DNA from: Chiloscyllium plagiosum
Taxonomy: Eukaryota
Direction of reading: 5' to 3'
Assembly: GCF_004010195.1 (NCBI RefSeq)
Contig: NC_057719.1
Coordinates: forward strand, 83,534,147-83,598,146
Length of the DNA: 64,000 bases
Below, one piece after another: positions 25,456 through 38,220 of the stretch. The notes under the pieces were generated by a model, which was not told the DNA's origin, searched no databases, and worked only from the letters and a program-made list of their open reading frames with translations. Every line of letters begins with the position of its first letter. The stretch's first letter is position 1. A program made the position numbers and the translations under genes.

Positions 25456-25819
25456 CACACCAGGTCTACTTGCTGGGCCCACTCTTGGTGATGTCGACGC
25501 CATCCTAGCTCAGGACAAGAGGTAAGTAAAAGTATAGAGAGATAAAAAACAAGAGAGAAAGAGAGAAAGAGATGAAGAAGAAAAGAAAAGAGAGAAACGA
25601 AAAGAGAAAAAAAACCAAGAAAAGCAAATGAGCTCCAAGCTCAGGATCTCAACCCCGATGCCATCTTGATGCAGTGCTGGAGAAACACAGCATCTGTGGA
25701 GAGAAAAATAATGTTTCAGGTCCAGTGATCTTTCATTCTGAACTGGAAGCAGCAAGGCAATGGTGGTATGCTGATGACCGGGGAAAGTGGGGGGTTGTGA
25801 GACGGACAGATACAAACAG

Positions 25820-26120
25820 GGCACAGTGGTTAGCACTGCTGCCTCACAGCGCCAGAGACCCGGGTTCAAATCTTGCCTCAGGTGACTGTCTGTGTGGAGT
25901 TTGCACGTTCTCCCCGTGTCTGCGTGGGTTTGCTCCGGGTGCTCCGGTTTCTTCCCACAGTCCAAAGATGTGCAGGCCAGGTGAAATGGCCATGCTAAAT
26001 TGTCCGTAGTGTTAGGTAAGGGGTAAATGTAGGGGTATGGGTGGGTTGCGCTTCGGCGGGGCGGTGTGGACTTGTTGGGCCGAAGGGCCTGTTTCCACAC
26101 TGTAAAGTAATCTAATCTAA
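25820..26120 (+). mobile_element. HE1 SINE
   Basis: GGCACAGTGGTTAGCACTGCTGCCTCACAGCGCC head, core, AAGTAATCTAATCTAA tail. Confidence 0.95.
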
Positions 26121-26409
26121 GAAAGAAAAAAAAAAATGGGGAAGCAGACAAAGGAATTGTTGACACGAATTCGAGGAAGAAGAGTTAATAATGGGAACCG
26201 TGAGTGGTTGAATATGAGTTGGCTGCACAGGGAACGGTCTGCACTGGACAGAATCTGAACAGAGAAGATAAGTTATTATTCATTTAAAATGGTCAGGTCC
26301 CTTGGCAACACTCACTGCTCAGTGACTTTCTGATGAAGTAACAGCTCAGAACCATTCCGTTTCTAAGTAGACAATGAAATAAAGTGATGAAGTTAGAAGG
26401 CTGCAGAGA

Positions 26410-26586
26410 TTAGGTTAGGTTCCCTACAGCCCAACAAGTCCACACCGACCCTCTGAAGAGTAGCCCACCCAGACCCATTCCCCTACCCTATATTTACCCC
26501 TGACTAATATTTACCCCCGAGGCAGGAATTGAACCCAGGTCCCTGGTGCTGTGAGGCAGCAGTGCGAACCACCGAGCCACCGTGCC
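26410..26586 (-). mobile_element. HE1 SINE with central deletion
   Basis: Head and tail present, V-core missing. Confidence 0.75.
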
Positions 26587-27106
26587 AAGCATAACTACTC
26601 TTCTGGCTGCTCTTTAGATGTGCCATTCCCTCTCTCCCTCTCTCATATGACCCAACAGGAATGCCAGGATTGGAAGTACCACTCTTAAAATATGATAGGG
26701 CTGAGGAGTGGGACTAGCTTGGTAGCTCTTTTAGGGGCCAGTATAGACACAATGGGCTGAGGGGCTGAGTGGACCCTTTTCTGTACTGTAGAGTTCTATC
26801 ATTCTGTAATGACCCACAAGAGGTCTATCCTTTAGTAGGTAATGGTCTGCTAGGATGAAGATGAGGAAGAATTTCTTAATCTTTACTACGGTCATCAGTG
26901 CTCGGAATTGTCTCCCCCCTGGAGTGGAGAACGCGTCATCAAATATTTTCAATAATGAGTTGAACAGGTTTTTAAACTGATGAGGGAAATCAAGGATTAT
27001 GGCTCGGGGAGAGGGGGAGGGGGAGCAAACTGAAAGGTGGAAGTGAGACCACGCCACATCAGCCACGGTCTTACTGAATGGTGGAACAGGGTCACTGGGA
27101 CAAATA

Positions 27107-27928
27107 GTACTCATGTGACTCAGCCAACATTGTCTATCTCGTACACTGCAGGCAAGGATGTCCTGAGGCATGGTACATTGGTGAGACCAAACAGAGGCTA
27201 CAGCAACAGATGAACAATCAACAGACAGGGGTGTTCCCACCCAGTTGGAGAACACTTTAGCGGTCTGGGACATTCGACACACACACACACACGCAGACCC
27301 TCTCACATACACAAGCTCTCTCTCATACACTCCCACACTCACACATTCACCGTCTCACAGACTTACACCCCTTTACACTCACACTCACACACATACACTC
27401 TTACAGACACTCATAGCCCCCGCACACACACATATAAGTTTGTGGGGTGAATTTGTACTTGCAGAATTATATTTTAGTTTGCTCAAAAACTGCATGAATC
27501 CATGTAAGATTCTGTAAATCCTCTTTTTTAGATTAGAATTAGTCTGACCATTGGGGCACAGACAGCCTCACACAGGACACCTCACCCCTTCAATGTATTA
27601 TCTGGGCCGACATGGCACCAATTGGTAAAGTTCACTTGAGAGTGTAACTTAAAAAAAAAGTTCTGGGGTTTACATATGAAAGAACTGAAACCAACATGTT
27701 CATTCTAAAAGATGAGAGACTTAACAAACAATCCAGGTCTTTTTCAATATATTGTTTCAGTTACATCATACTGTCACCTTTTGCTATAAATTCTGTGTCT
27801 TACGATCTTATTCTCCACAACCACCTGATGAAAGAGCGGCGCTCCGAAAGCTAGTGCTTCCAAATAAACCTGGTGTTGTGTGGTTTTTAACTTTGCCCAC
27901 CATAGTCCGACACCGACACCTCCACATC
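27107..27928 (+). mobile_element. Penelope-like element 3' fragment (GIY-YIG endonuclease remnant plus terminal repeat)
   Basis: Reads YSCDSANIVYLVHCRQGCPEAWYIGETKQRLQQQMN; 3' part matches the arms of the fold-back elements at 32233 and 49206. Confidence 0.85.
27820..27858 (+). ncRNA. Putative minimal hammerhead ribozyme motif (second family)
   Basis: CAC-CTGATGA (27825-27831)-A-AGAGC-GGC-GCTCC-GAAA-GC-TA-GTG; palindromic AGCT stem III, CUA triplet; A:C mismatch at the base of stem II. Confidence 0.5.
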
Positions 27929-28862
27929 AGTACCCCTGCTCTTATTTCAGCTACCAAAACGGAAAGTGCTGGAGGCACTCAGCAGCTCAGGTAGCATCTG
28001 TTGTCAGAACTGGGTCTCCACCCTGAATCGTTGCCTCTGTGTCACTCTCTGCAGAGCTGCTAAGTGTTTCCAGCACGTTAGAGGTTTCATTTCAGGTTTC
28101 CAGCATCTGCAGGCTTATGTAATGCTCTGTGACAGTTCGGTTCCTGTTAGTATTTACATCGGGCCACTTCCAGACACAGGGCCCGAATTAGAAATTGCAA
28201 CTGGGATTTTCCGCATCTGTGTGTATTTGCATCCCTCAGCTCTTGATTACCGGACTTTGAGAGTTGCTAGTTGTAACTTGGCTGGGGGGTGATATTTGGT
28301 GGGAGGGGGTAGGGGTGGAATTGGAATTTCTGGATGAACGATCCTGATGTGAACCAAGCGTAGTCAGGATGGAAATCCTGGTCTAGTGCATCCATTACTA
28401 TTTCAAAACGTCTCTCCTGCCACCAGCAAACTTCAGCTTAACAGATTCCAGATCGAGGAGGTCTCTTGTCTTCCTTGCTTCCTTGTTATTCTGCTGGCAC
28501 AAACACAGTAGCTCTGATTCAAAACCCAGCGGGGGGTGGTGGGGGGAAGCCAGCGAAAACTTTGGGAATATTCAATTTTCGGGTCTGCTCTGCAAATTCA
28601 GCCAGAAGACGTCGTTTAATGGGCCTTAAAGGATGATGTTAGAACGAGGAATATCAGTGCTTGTGCTGTGATAGACCAAGTGTTGGAGCCATTTGAACAT
28701 TGAGTGTTTCCAGAGAGGGATGTTCAGGGCCTTTTTTGGCAGTTAGGTACAGCACAGTTCCATCTGATGAACGCTCACTAAGCATGTGGAGCCCTCAGAG
28801 GAGCTGGGGATTTGAATGTTGCTGTTGAATGAAATGAGGTTCAATGCCTGGAGTGTTGAGTA

Positions 28863-29191
28863 GGGTGGCACGGTGGCTCAGTGGTTAGCACTGCTGCCTC
28901 ACAGCACCAGGGTCCCAGGTTCGATTCCAGCCTCGGGCAACTGTCTGTCTGGAGTTTGCACATTCTCCCCGTGTCTGCGTGGGTTTCCTCCGGGTGCTCC
29001 GGTTTCCTCCCACAGTCACAAAGATGTGTAGGTCAGGTGAATTGGCCATGGGAAATTGCCCATAGTGTTAGGTGCATTAGTCAGGGGTAAATATAGGGGA
29101 GGGGGCTGGGTCTGGGTGGGTTACTCTTCGCAGGGTCGGTGTGGATTTGATGGGCTGAAGGGCCTGTTTCCACACTGTAGGGAATCTAATC
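28863..29191 (+). mobile_element. Full-length HE1 SINE
   Basis: A box TGGCTCAGTGG, B box GGTTCGATTCC, core, GGGAATCTAATC tail. Confidence 0.95.
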
Positions 29192-29744
29192 AGATCCCCA
29201 AACTGTGCGCTTTCCTCCTCAAGTGGACATTTGTTTACGCCAGGTTGTTCAGTTCTCAGGCTTTTAAGGACCTGCTGTGACTCAAGATATCATCAGGGAA
29301 TAGCAATCAGGAAGCAGAGGCTTCCAGGAAGACTCCAGGGAATCTGCCTCCGGAGCCCACGAGGAAAGCAGCAGGAGACCAAGAAGTAGGGAGGAGGAGA
29401 GGTATCCCTTCGACAATGTGATGTAACAGGTTCACTCCCCAGTATCTCCACCGAGGCCACAGGAACTGTGAATGGCTATGCCAGAGCTGAATGGTATCTC
29501 CCAGGAAAGGTTTGTAGATATCTCCCGTACATGCACAGCAGAATGAAGTCAATACTCAGCAAAATGTAGAAGGGGCCAACGATAGAGGTCGCACTTCTCC
29601 AGCAATAACCTGCTCAGTCCACCAGAGTCCTTAGACAGCAGACTCAAGACTCAAACCGGAAGCAATAGCAGCAAGAGTAGACCATATGGCCCGTGGAGCT
29701 AGCTTGACCTTCCATACGATCATTGAATAACAGAGGTCAAACCC

Positions 29745-30420
29745 GTTGACATTAAGGTAGCATTTGACCAAGTGTGGAACCTCCAAAGTCAAGGGAAATC
29801 AAGGGGGAATCTCTCCTGCTGGTTAGAGTTAGACCTGGAACATAGGAAGATGGTTGTGGTTTCTGGAAGTCAGTCATCTCAGTTCAAGGACATCTCAGCA
29901 GGAGTTCCTCAGGATAGTGTCAATGATTTTCCCTCCATCACAAGGTCAGAAGTGGAGATGTTCACCGATGATTGCACAATGTTCAGCACCATTCACAACT
30001 CCTCAGGTGCCGAAGCAGTCCATGTTCAAAGGCAGCAAGACTTGCATATAGGCCTTACAAGAAAGATTTGGGCCATACAAGTGTCAGGCAATGACATTCT
30101 CCAATAAAAGAGAATCTAACTATCCCCACATGATGTTCCAGACACACCACTATCGCTGAATCCCCTATCAACATCCTGGGAGTTAACATTGACCCGAAAC
30201 TGAAGTGAATTCACCATATACATACAGTGGATCCAAGAGCAGATTGGTCGTTGGAAATTCTGCAGCAATTAACTCACCTCCTGACTCCAAAACGCCTGAC
30301 CACCATCTACAAGGCACAAGTCAGGAGTGTGATGGAATACTCCCCACTTGCCTGGATGGGTGCAGCTCCAACAACACCCAAGAAGCTTGACACCATCCAG
30401 GACAAAGCAACCTCTTTGAT
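29745..30420 (+). mobile_element. Old CR1/L2-clade LINE RT fragment, continuing at ~31114-31270
   Basis: DIKVAFDQVW, DISAGVPQDS, MFTDDCTMF, TIYKAQVRSVMEYSPLAW motifs across frames. Confidence 0.85.
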
Positions 30421-32232
30421 TGTATTAGGTTGTGTGAGTGTCCATGTACTAACCACTAACAACTGATGATTGGGACATTTTGCTGGTCCAACCTTTTGTA
30501 TGTATTTTGATTCAATCTTTTCTGACGTGCTGTGACATATTTCTGGTGCAAGTTGGACTTGAACCTGGCAAACCTTCTGGCAGAGAGGAAGGAACATGAC
30601 CACAAAGGTCCTACAATTTATTTTCAATCAACCTTTCGACCATCTTATGATATAGCTCTGGGTAGCTGCAAGTCGAATCCAGACCATTTGGTCCAGAGGT
30701 GGGGACATTATCACTGCAACAAAATATCCCAACTGTCACCTTTCCAAGTATTTCCCTCATCAGCCTACTCAAAATGTTATTACATGCCTCTGAAGTGAAT
30801 GGGAGTATAACCTGGGCCTGCTATCCCAGAGGCACTACCATTGAGCCCCACGATGATTTTCCTATGGTCAGTTGAAGGGTTTGTCTAATTGCCAGTAGTA
30901 GAGGATAGACTGCTAAAGAGTCCTCACAGAAAGAGGCACTTATCATTATATAACAAGGTACAGTTTATTATGGTGTAGGAATAGGTACAATATATATACA
31001 GTCACTAAGTGTCTAGGCACTGAGATGACTATCAGGAGTGAGATAATGTGACAAAGACTTTGTGACATCACCAGCTAATGTTACATCTACACAAGAATGA
31101 GAATCCTTAACCATAAATGCAGTCAGTGACGGCAGTGCGTATCAGCTGCAGGATGCCCTGCAGTGACTCAGGTAGAGTCCTTCGACAACACCTTCCAAAT
31201 CCACAACCTCTACCATCAAAGAAAGGACAAGAGCAGCAGATGCATGCACAACTGGCGAGCTCACCTCCAGGAGAGGCAGTGGTGCAGTGGTATGGTCACT
31301 AACCAGTAATCTTGAGCCCCAGGTTAATGGGGGACGTCTGAGTTCAAATCTCATGATGGCAGAAGGTGAAGTTTGTATTCAATATGAATCTGGAATTAAA
31401 AACCTTCTAGTTGTTGTTATTAAATAAATCACCCATCTGGTTCACTAGCACCCTTTGGAGATTGAAACCTTGTCTATGTGTGACTGCAAACCCACAGCAA
31501 AGTGGCCAATTCTTCCCCACAATTAGGGATGAGAGAGTAAATGCTGAGAAACAGAAAATGCCACACAGCATTCAGATTCTTAACAATATCACTGTTCCTT
31601 CACTGTCAGTGACTCAAAGTCCTGGAACCCTCTTCCTAGCAGCTGATAAATAAGTAGATTACCACCATCTTGCTCAGAGCAATTAGGGCTGAGCAATAAA
31701 TGCTAGCCTTCGCAACGCTCACTTCCCATAAAATAATTAAACAAAAACAACAAAATTCACCCATGCAATTATACAACAAGAAATACTTCCTAGTATTTCA
31801 CTGACAGTTTCTTGTTATGGTTCAGCTTCCTCCCAATTCTTTTAACTTGTGATCAGAAAGAAAGTTTCCATAAACTCACTTTAATCTCCTTTAAACTGAA
31901 ATCTGACCCTCCAAGCATGGCCTGAATTTTATAATAAACACCGAACTAACACTCACCCCTTGTCAACACGTTGCTTCAGGAGATATGTGGATCATCAGGC
32001 ACACCCCGTCTCTATTCTATGAGTAGTTACACATTAGATAGAGCCAGAGAACAGGGAGGAAGGTAATTCAACCCATCTGATCTATGCTAGCTATTCCTAC
32101 ACTTCTGCTGTTTAACCACATCTGTCAAAGAAACTTTATTATTATATATTTCATCATTACAATTTAATCTAAATCCACCTTTTTGGGGGGAGCAATGCAT
32201 TTCAAATCATAAGTACTACACAAAATCTCCTG

Positions 32233-32374
32233 ATTCGCAGATGCCGGTGTTGGACTTGGGTGTACAAAGTTACAAATCACAGAACACCAGGTTATAGTCC
32301 AACAGGTTTAATTGAAAGCTAGTGTGCTTCCAATTAAACCTGTTGGACTATAACCTGATGTTCTGTGATTTTTA
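32233..32374. mobile_element. Penelope-derived fold-back element with 13-bp TSD
   Basis: TSD ACAAAATCTCCTG at 32220-32232 and 32375-32387; ~40-bp near-perfect inverted arms. Confidence 0.85.
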
Positions 32375-33547
32375 ACAAAATCTCCTGGTTTTCTCGCCTG
32401 TATTTCATTTTTAATCCATCACCTTCAATTTTAAATCCTCTGGCTGTTGACTGCCTTGCTAGTGCAAACAATTTCTCTCGAACCATTCTCTCAAAACCCT
32501 TCCTAATTTCTAAAGCTTCATCTGCAGCTGGTGAAGACTTCCTTTCCAATACAAGTGAAGGCCACTTAAGATTTTCCTTTCCACTTTAAAAAGCTCTTGC
32601 ATGGTCATTAAAATAACTTGAGATGATGGCACTAAAGATCCCAATCAGTGTTTACTTCGGTTTTTAATGCATTTTATCTGATGGGAAAAGTACTCCAATG
32701 CATCTCAAACACTTGCGCAATACTGATCAAGAATGATCAATTTACCAAGAACAGAGCCCTCTCATAAGTCATTACAGTCAAAATTCATGAAACATTTAAT
32801 TTATTGAAGATGAAAAAGCATTTTGTTGTCCTATCAATGAAGGAATTCCAGAAGGAGTGGGTGATTGCTTATGTTTGGGTTGTAGTTCACATCTCTTCTC
32901 AGAGGCTATGAATGAAGTCTATGTATTGAAGGGTCTCAGATCCCTGCAGGGAGATTTAAATAGCCCACCCCGCTAATGAAGGCACCACGGACAGTCATGC
33001 TGAGTAGAGGCTAACTGTCCACAACGTTGGATCCTGCTGGTGAAAATGGCCAGAAATGATCATGGGGATTGTACCCCAATTTTAAGGGCTTCCAAGACTC
33101 CCCACCCAATCCATGAATAAAGCTCATGCTCACAAATGATTTTTTTTTTAAAAAAAACATCTTTCCCAACTTGTCCCATCGTTTTAAGTTTGAATTTGTG
33201 GCCTCTTCAGAACATCTCTATGTTCTTGATCGTCATTTAAAATTGTACCATTTAATTCATACCAACTCTCTGCACTTTCTCTTGCAAAGTGCATCTTTGC
33301 ATTCTCTTTAAAAATAATGATCAGATTTACTTACATATTAAGATAATTACACAGAAGCAGGAATACACATGGCAACTTACTGATGATATAAATACTTGGA
33401 ATGCAGAAAAATTAAATCCTGTCCACAAAAGATCAAAATAGCTATTTTGGAGTATGCTTCTGACACAAAATATTCAGAGGAAATAGACTGTGTAGACTTC
33501 CTGATATAATATCCGTACAAGGATACCAATATTGGTAATTTGGGCCG

Positions 33548-33642
33548 CATTCCTGAAGAAGGGCTCATGCCCGAAACGTCGATTCTCCTGCTCCTTGGAT
33601 GCTGCCTGACCTGCTGCGCTTTTCCAGCAGCACATTTTTCAG
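33548..33642 (+). mobile_element. Penelope-derived short element with intact minimal hammerhead core (33553-33580)
   Basis: CTGAAGA-A-GGGC-TCAT-GCCC-GAAA-CGTC followed by GATTCTCCTGCTCCTTGGATGCTGCC. Confidence 0.75.
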
Positions 33643-35284
33643 CGCAGAAAAGAAATGTCAATTTCAAATCCTGAGCTGACAATCGAACTCAAGGTTTTTG
33701 TAGAAAAGTACACAGTTTAGACTGAATAACTTTTCATAAACCGTTTGTCAAACAATAACATTTTAAAACTACAGTGGTTTGTGCATCTTGGGCACCTCTT
33801 AAGAATTACTTTCTGTATCTTGTCCAGATTCTGCACAGCAATTCAGACCTGATCAGGCCCAATCAGATTAGTATTGGGCTGAAGCACTCATTTCCAGGCT
33901 CACTGGCAGATGACAGAACACGACAAAGTTTCTGAAAGCAGCTGGACTACAATCACTATCCCCGCTTTTGTAGAGCATACAGCGCTCAGTCAACTGTAGC
34001 GTTTGCTAAAACACATTAACCCTATGTGAGTATACACGTTGCCAATGAAGCTTGTCAAGAAATAGAAATGCTCTCCTGCAAATCTGATACTGAATGAAAA
34101 GCCCCCTTTGTTATACTCTTCAATGCGTTAAGGCCTTCATGCAACAGAAATAGCTGGCTCGTGTGCGAATTAGATTTTTGCAAACCCTCCGATTCCAAAA
34201 TACCGGCAAAATACCAGTGTCCTGTCTTCATCAAACTGACAACTTGGAGGCGGCAGAACCAAAACAGGGGGAGAAAAAGATAGGCAGCAAAATCCATGCA
34301 GAAACCACAGCCAGCGCTGATGGCACTGGATGGGGGAATTATCCACAGCCAAGACTGTGGAGCTGTGATGAGTCCAGTTCTGTGGGCAGGTCCTCACAGG
34401 GGGAGCTGCCAACATTCAGAGCTGTGTGGAACACTTGGATAGCCTCCGATTGACACAACTCCACACGCCTGCTTGTGTCCGCGCCTGTTTTTAATCGACC
34501 CAGCCACCAGGAAGCTAATATTCGCCTTAACCATTGTGAGTGGATTAATATCCGTGACTGGGAGACAACACTAATCCTCTGCGGGAAACAAGCCCGCAAG
34601 AAGAATTATCCAAATAATAGAAGCACTGAGGGGAAGCGAGTGGAGAGAAATTCCTCAGCCGTAGCCGAGTCTTAAGTTTTTTTCCAGATGCAGCTGAGTC
34701 AGGCCCTGTCAAAACAAAGAACAAGGAGGAAGCAGCTCCCAAATAGGATGTGATCATTCCAGCTCTTCTCCCCCCAGATATCATGAATAGCTTTAATTCT
34801 CATGAAGGTCAACAATTCTGACCCACTCACAGGGGATGGGGTGGGTCATCTCCAAGCAAATGAGCTTTGTTGACGTTTAATGTTCCAGCGTTGAGAGTGA
34901 GCTGGTCCTTTCTTTTCCCCCCATCCTTTTCAATCAGTGTCCTTCAATTACCAAACCTGCGTCTGGTGGAAGCTGCCTCTTCTTCTCACCACCTGCGCTG
35001 GGACAAATCGACTTTCTAGATCTGAATTGGTCTTGCGATTTCTCTTCCAGTCAGGTACAACTGATCAATGACAATGGAGGCACTCCAGCAGAGCAAGCTC
35101 AGGTCCCCTTTTCGACGATTCGATTCATCAGCACTGCTTTGTGACCTGCTATTGGAAAATGTGTTGCATGGACCCAAGTTAATTCATAATCAGCGAGACC
35201 ACAGACCTGCCACCTTACTGTTCTTTTTGCTATTCATGTTGCTACGTGTCACTGAGTCAGGCTAGCAAGACATATCATGGCATC

Positions 35285-35593
35285 ACAGAATCCCTACAGT
35301 GTGAAAGCAGGCCATTCAGCCCATCAAGTCAACACCAATCCACTGAAGAGCATCCCGTCCAGACCCACCCCTCTACCCTATCATCTAGCATGTCACATTG
35401 CCAATCCACGTAGCCTTCACATCCCTGGGCAATTTAGCATGGCCAATCATCTTTGGACTATGGGAGGAAACCGGAACACCCCGAGAAAACACACACTGAC
35501 ACGGGGAGAACATGCAAACTCCAGACTGGGATTGAACCCAGGTCTCAGGTGCTGTGAGGAAGCAGTGCTGACCACTGAGACACTGTGCCACCC
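35285..35593 (-). mobile_element. HE1-type SINE (diverged)
   Basis: Reverse complement head, core and tail. Confidence 0.82.
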
Positions 35594-36117
35594 TGTTTAC
35601 ATAGCTCCAAGGCAGGAATCTAATCTTCCGTTATTCATTCCCAACTAACTTACCTCGTTCCGTTCCTGCATCTCAATAATTATTAATGCCAGGGGCATTT
35701 TCTCAAAAAATGCAAAAGGTCTAAAGAAATGGCAGCAGATTAGAATCCAGCAAATAGTTTCTCCAAATAAAATTGGAGTATTGGAACAGGAGGAATGTAT
35801 TGAGTGGATTTGTGGGAAGATGATGGTATTGTCACTGGACTAAAACTCTAGCAGTGCCAGACCAGTACTCTGGGCCTAAGCTTTCAAATTCCACCATGGG
35901 ACATGGCAGAATTTAAATTCAAGTTTAATAAATCTGGATTTGAAAGCAAGTAATAGTTGCCTTGAAACTACTAGTGATATTTGCAAACCCCATCTGGTTC
36001 CCTTTAGGGATTGGGAATCGGCCTTCCTTATCCAGTCTGGCCTACAGACCTTTGGCAACGAGGTTGACTCTTAACTGCTCTCTGAAATGACCCAGCAAGC
36101 CCCTCAGTTGAAGGGCC

Positions 36118-36617
36118 ACAGGAAAGATGCTGTTAAACTTGAAAGGGTTTACAAGGATGTTGCCAGAGTTGGGGGGTTTGAGCTATAGGGAGAGGTTGAA
36201 TAGACAAGGGCTTTTTTTCCCTGGAACGTCGAGACTGAGGGGTGACCTTATATAGATTTATAAAATCATGAGGGGCACAAATAGGGTGAATAGCCAAGGT
36301 CTTTTTCCCAGGGTAAGGAAGCCCAAAGCTAAAGAGCTGAGGTTTAAGGTGAGAGGGGAAAGATTTTAAAAGGATCTAAAGGGCAACATCTTAACTGTAG
36401 AGAATGGTGCACCCTCAGTTGACTGTGTGGAGTTTGCACATCCTCCCAGTGTCTGCACGGGGTTCCTCCGGGTGCTCCGGTTTCCTCCCGCAATCCAAAG
36501 ATGTGCAGGTCAGGTGGATTGGCCGTGCTAAATTGCCCATGGTGTCCTGGGATGTGTAGGCTAGATGGGTTCGCCATGGGAAATAGAGCGTTACAGGGAA
36601 TAGGGTGGTGGGGTGGG

Positions 36618-36663
<46 letters not shown>

Positions 36664-36912
36664 TCTCTGGTTGGGATGCTTTTCGGAGGATCAGTGTGGA
36701 TTTTATGGCCTGCTTCCATACTATATGGATTCTATGTATGGAACAAGCTGTCAGAGGAAGTGGTGGAAGCTGCTGCAATAACAACATTGCATCTGGATGG
36801 GTAAATGAATAGGGAGGGTTTAGAAGGATATGGGCCAGGTGCTAGCTGGTGGGACTAGATGGATCTGGTCAGCATGGACGAGTTGGACCAAAGGGTGACG
36901 TATGACTCTATG
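36118..36912 (+). mobile_element. CR1/HER1-like LINE fragment with nested 5'-truncated HE1-type SINE (~36412-36736) containing a long poly-G run
   Basis: LINE ORF2 end interrupted after GAGAATGGTGCA and resuming GTATGGAACAAGCTG. Confidence 0.82.
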
Positions 36913-37935
36913 ATAATTTGGGTTTGGCAACAAATACTGGTCCTCCCCATGAATCCCACATCCTGTGAAAGAATAAATTTTAAAGAATTTACTTAAGTCT
37001 GACCCACTTTGAAGTAGATCATGGTTGACCTGTATTTTAACTCCATTTGTTTGAGTTGGTTCCACAGGCCAGAATACACAGTGCCAGAAAAAAGCTCTGT
37101 CAATCTCAACCTTCAATCGATTCAGCAGCTGTAAGGCCACACGTTCCAGATTTCCACTCCCTTTTGTGGGATGAGACAGGCATTGGCCCAAAATTGGCCG
37201 AGCTGCAACTCTGCTTGCTGTTCCTTGCTGGAATCTCCGACCCGAGCCGCCTGGCAAACCCGTCCAACATCTGACGCACCTCGAATTAGGCCACTCTTCT
37301 ATCATCAGGGATTACAAAGTGAATCTGATCTCATCAGTTCCCAACAGTCTGAGGAGCAGGTTTGTTCAACAGTCCACCCACTCACTGGGGTGATCATACA
37401 GCCATATAGCATGGAAACAGACCCTTCGATCCAACTTGTCCACTTATCCTAAATTAATCCATTTGTCAGCATTTGGTCCATATCCCTTTTCCTATTTATG
37501 TACCCATCCAGGTGCCTTTTAAATGTTGGAATTGCTCTCGCTAGCAGATTGCACCCTTGTTCAAAATGCAGGGAGACCGTGACCGCAAGGGAGTTCCTCC
37601 TTCAATCAGCGGCCAGTTCTCTCCTGCCTTTGGTCCAAGGAGGCCTCCCTGGTTAGAGAGAGGGGGCAATGAGATGAAGCAGAGCAGGACACTGGGAAAT
37701 CCCAGGTTGGAAAACAACTGGCTGATGATTCCCAGTGCTGCCGAGATCAGCACGAATGTGCTCCACCAGAGGGTAAACCTGACTTCTTATCGGAGCCAAA
37801 TCCCTGATGACCAAGGCTCGGAGTTTAGCCTCTTCCTCTTTCATCCTCTGCTTCTTAACTAAGAGGCTGAGGGAAAAGGTTTTGATTAGATCGCTCAGCT
37901 GCTTAGCACTTTTGAATGGTCATTTTTATGAATTC

Positions 37936-38220
37936 ATAGAATCATAGAGGTGTACAGCATGGAAACAGACCCTTTGGTCCAACCCGTCCATGCTGACCAG
38001 ATATCCCAACCCAATCTAGGCCCACCTGCCAGCACCCGGCCCATATCCCTCCAAACCCTTCCTATTCATATACCCATCCAAATGCCTCTTAAATGTTACA
38101 ATTGTACCAGCCTCCACAGCCCCAGCCAGCTCAGCCTCTCCCTGTAGCTCCAACCCTCCAACCCTGGCAACATCCTTGTAAATCTTTTCTGAACCCTTTC
38201 AAACAACATCTTTCTGATAG
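37936..38220 (-). mobile_element. CR1/HER1-like LINE 3' fragment
   Basis: Reverse complement of the common 3' end. Confidence 0.88.

Noticed and set aside
28863..28940. tRNA genes at A/B-box sequences
   Set aside because: They are SINE heads continuing into the V-SINE core and LINE-like tail.
30421..31091. TG...CTACA-bounded insert splitting the old LINE
   Set aside because: May be a solo LTR, but there is no clear TSD or second copy to support it.
36610..36662. Long poly-G / G-quadruplex tract
   Set aside because: It lies in the variable G-rich part of a SINE, and homopolymer length is unreliable in assemblies.
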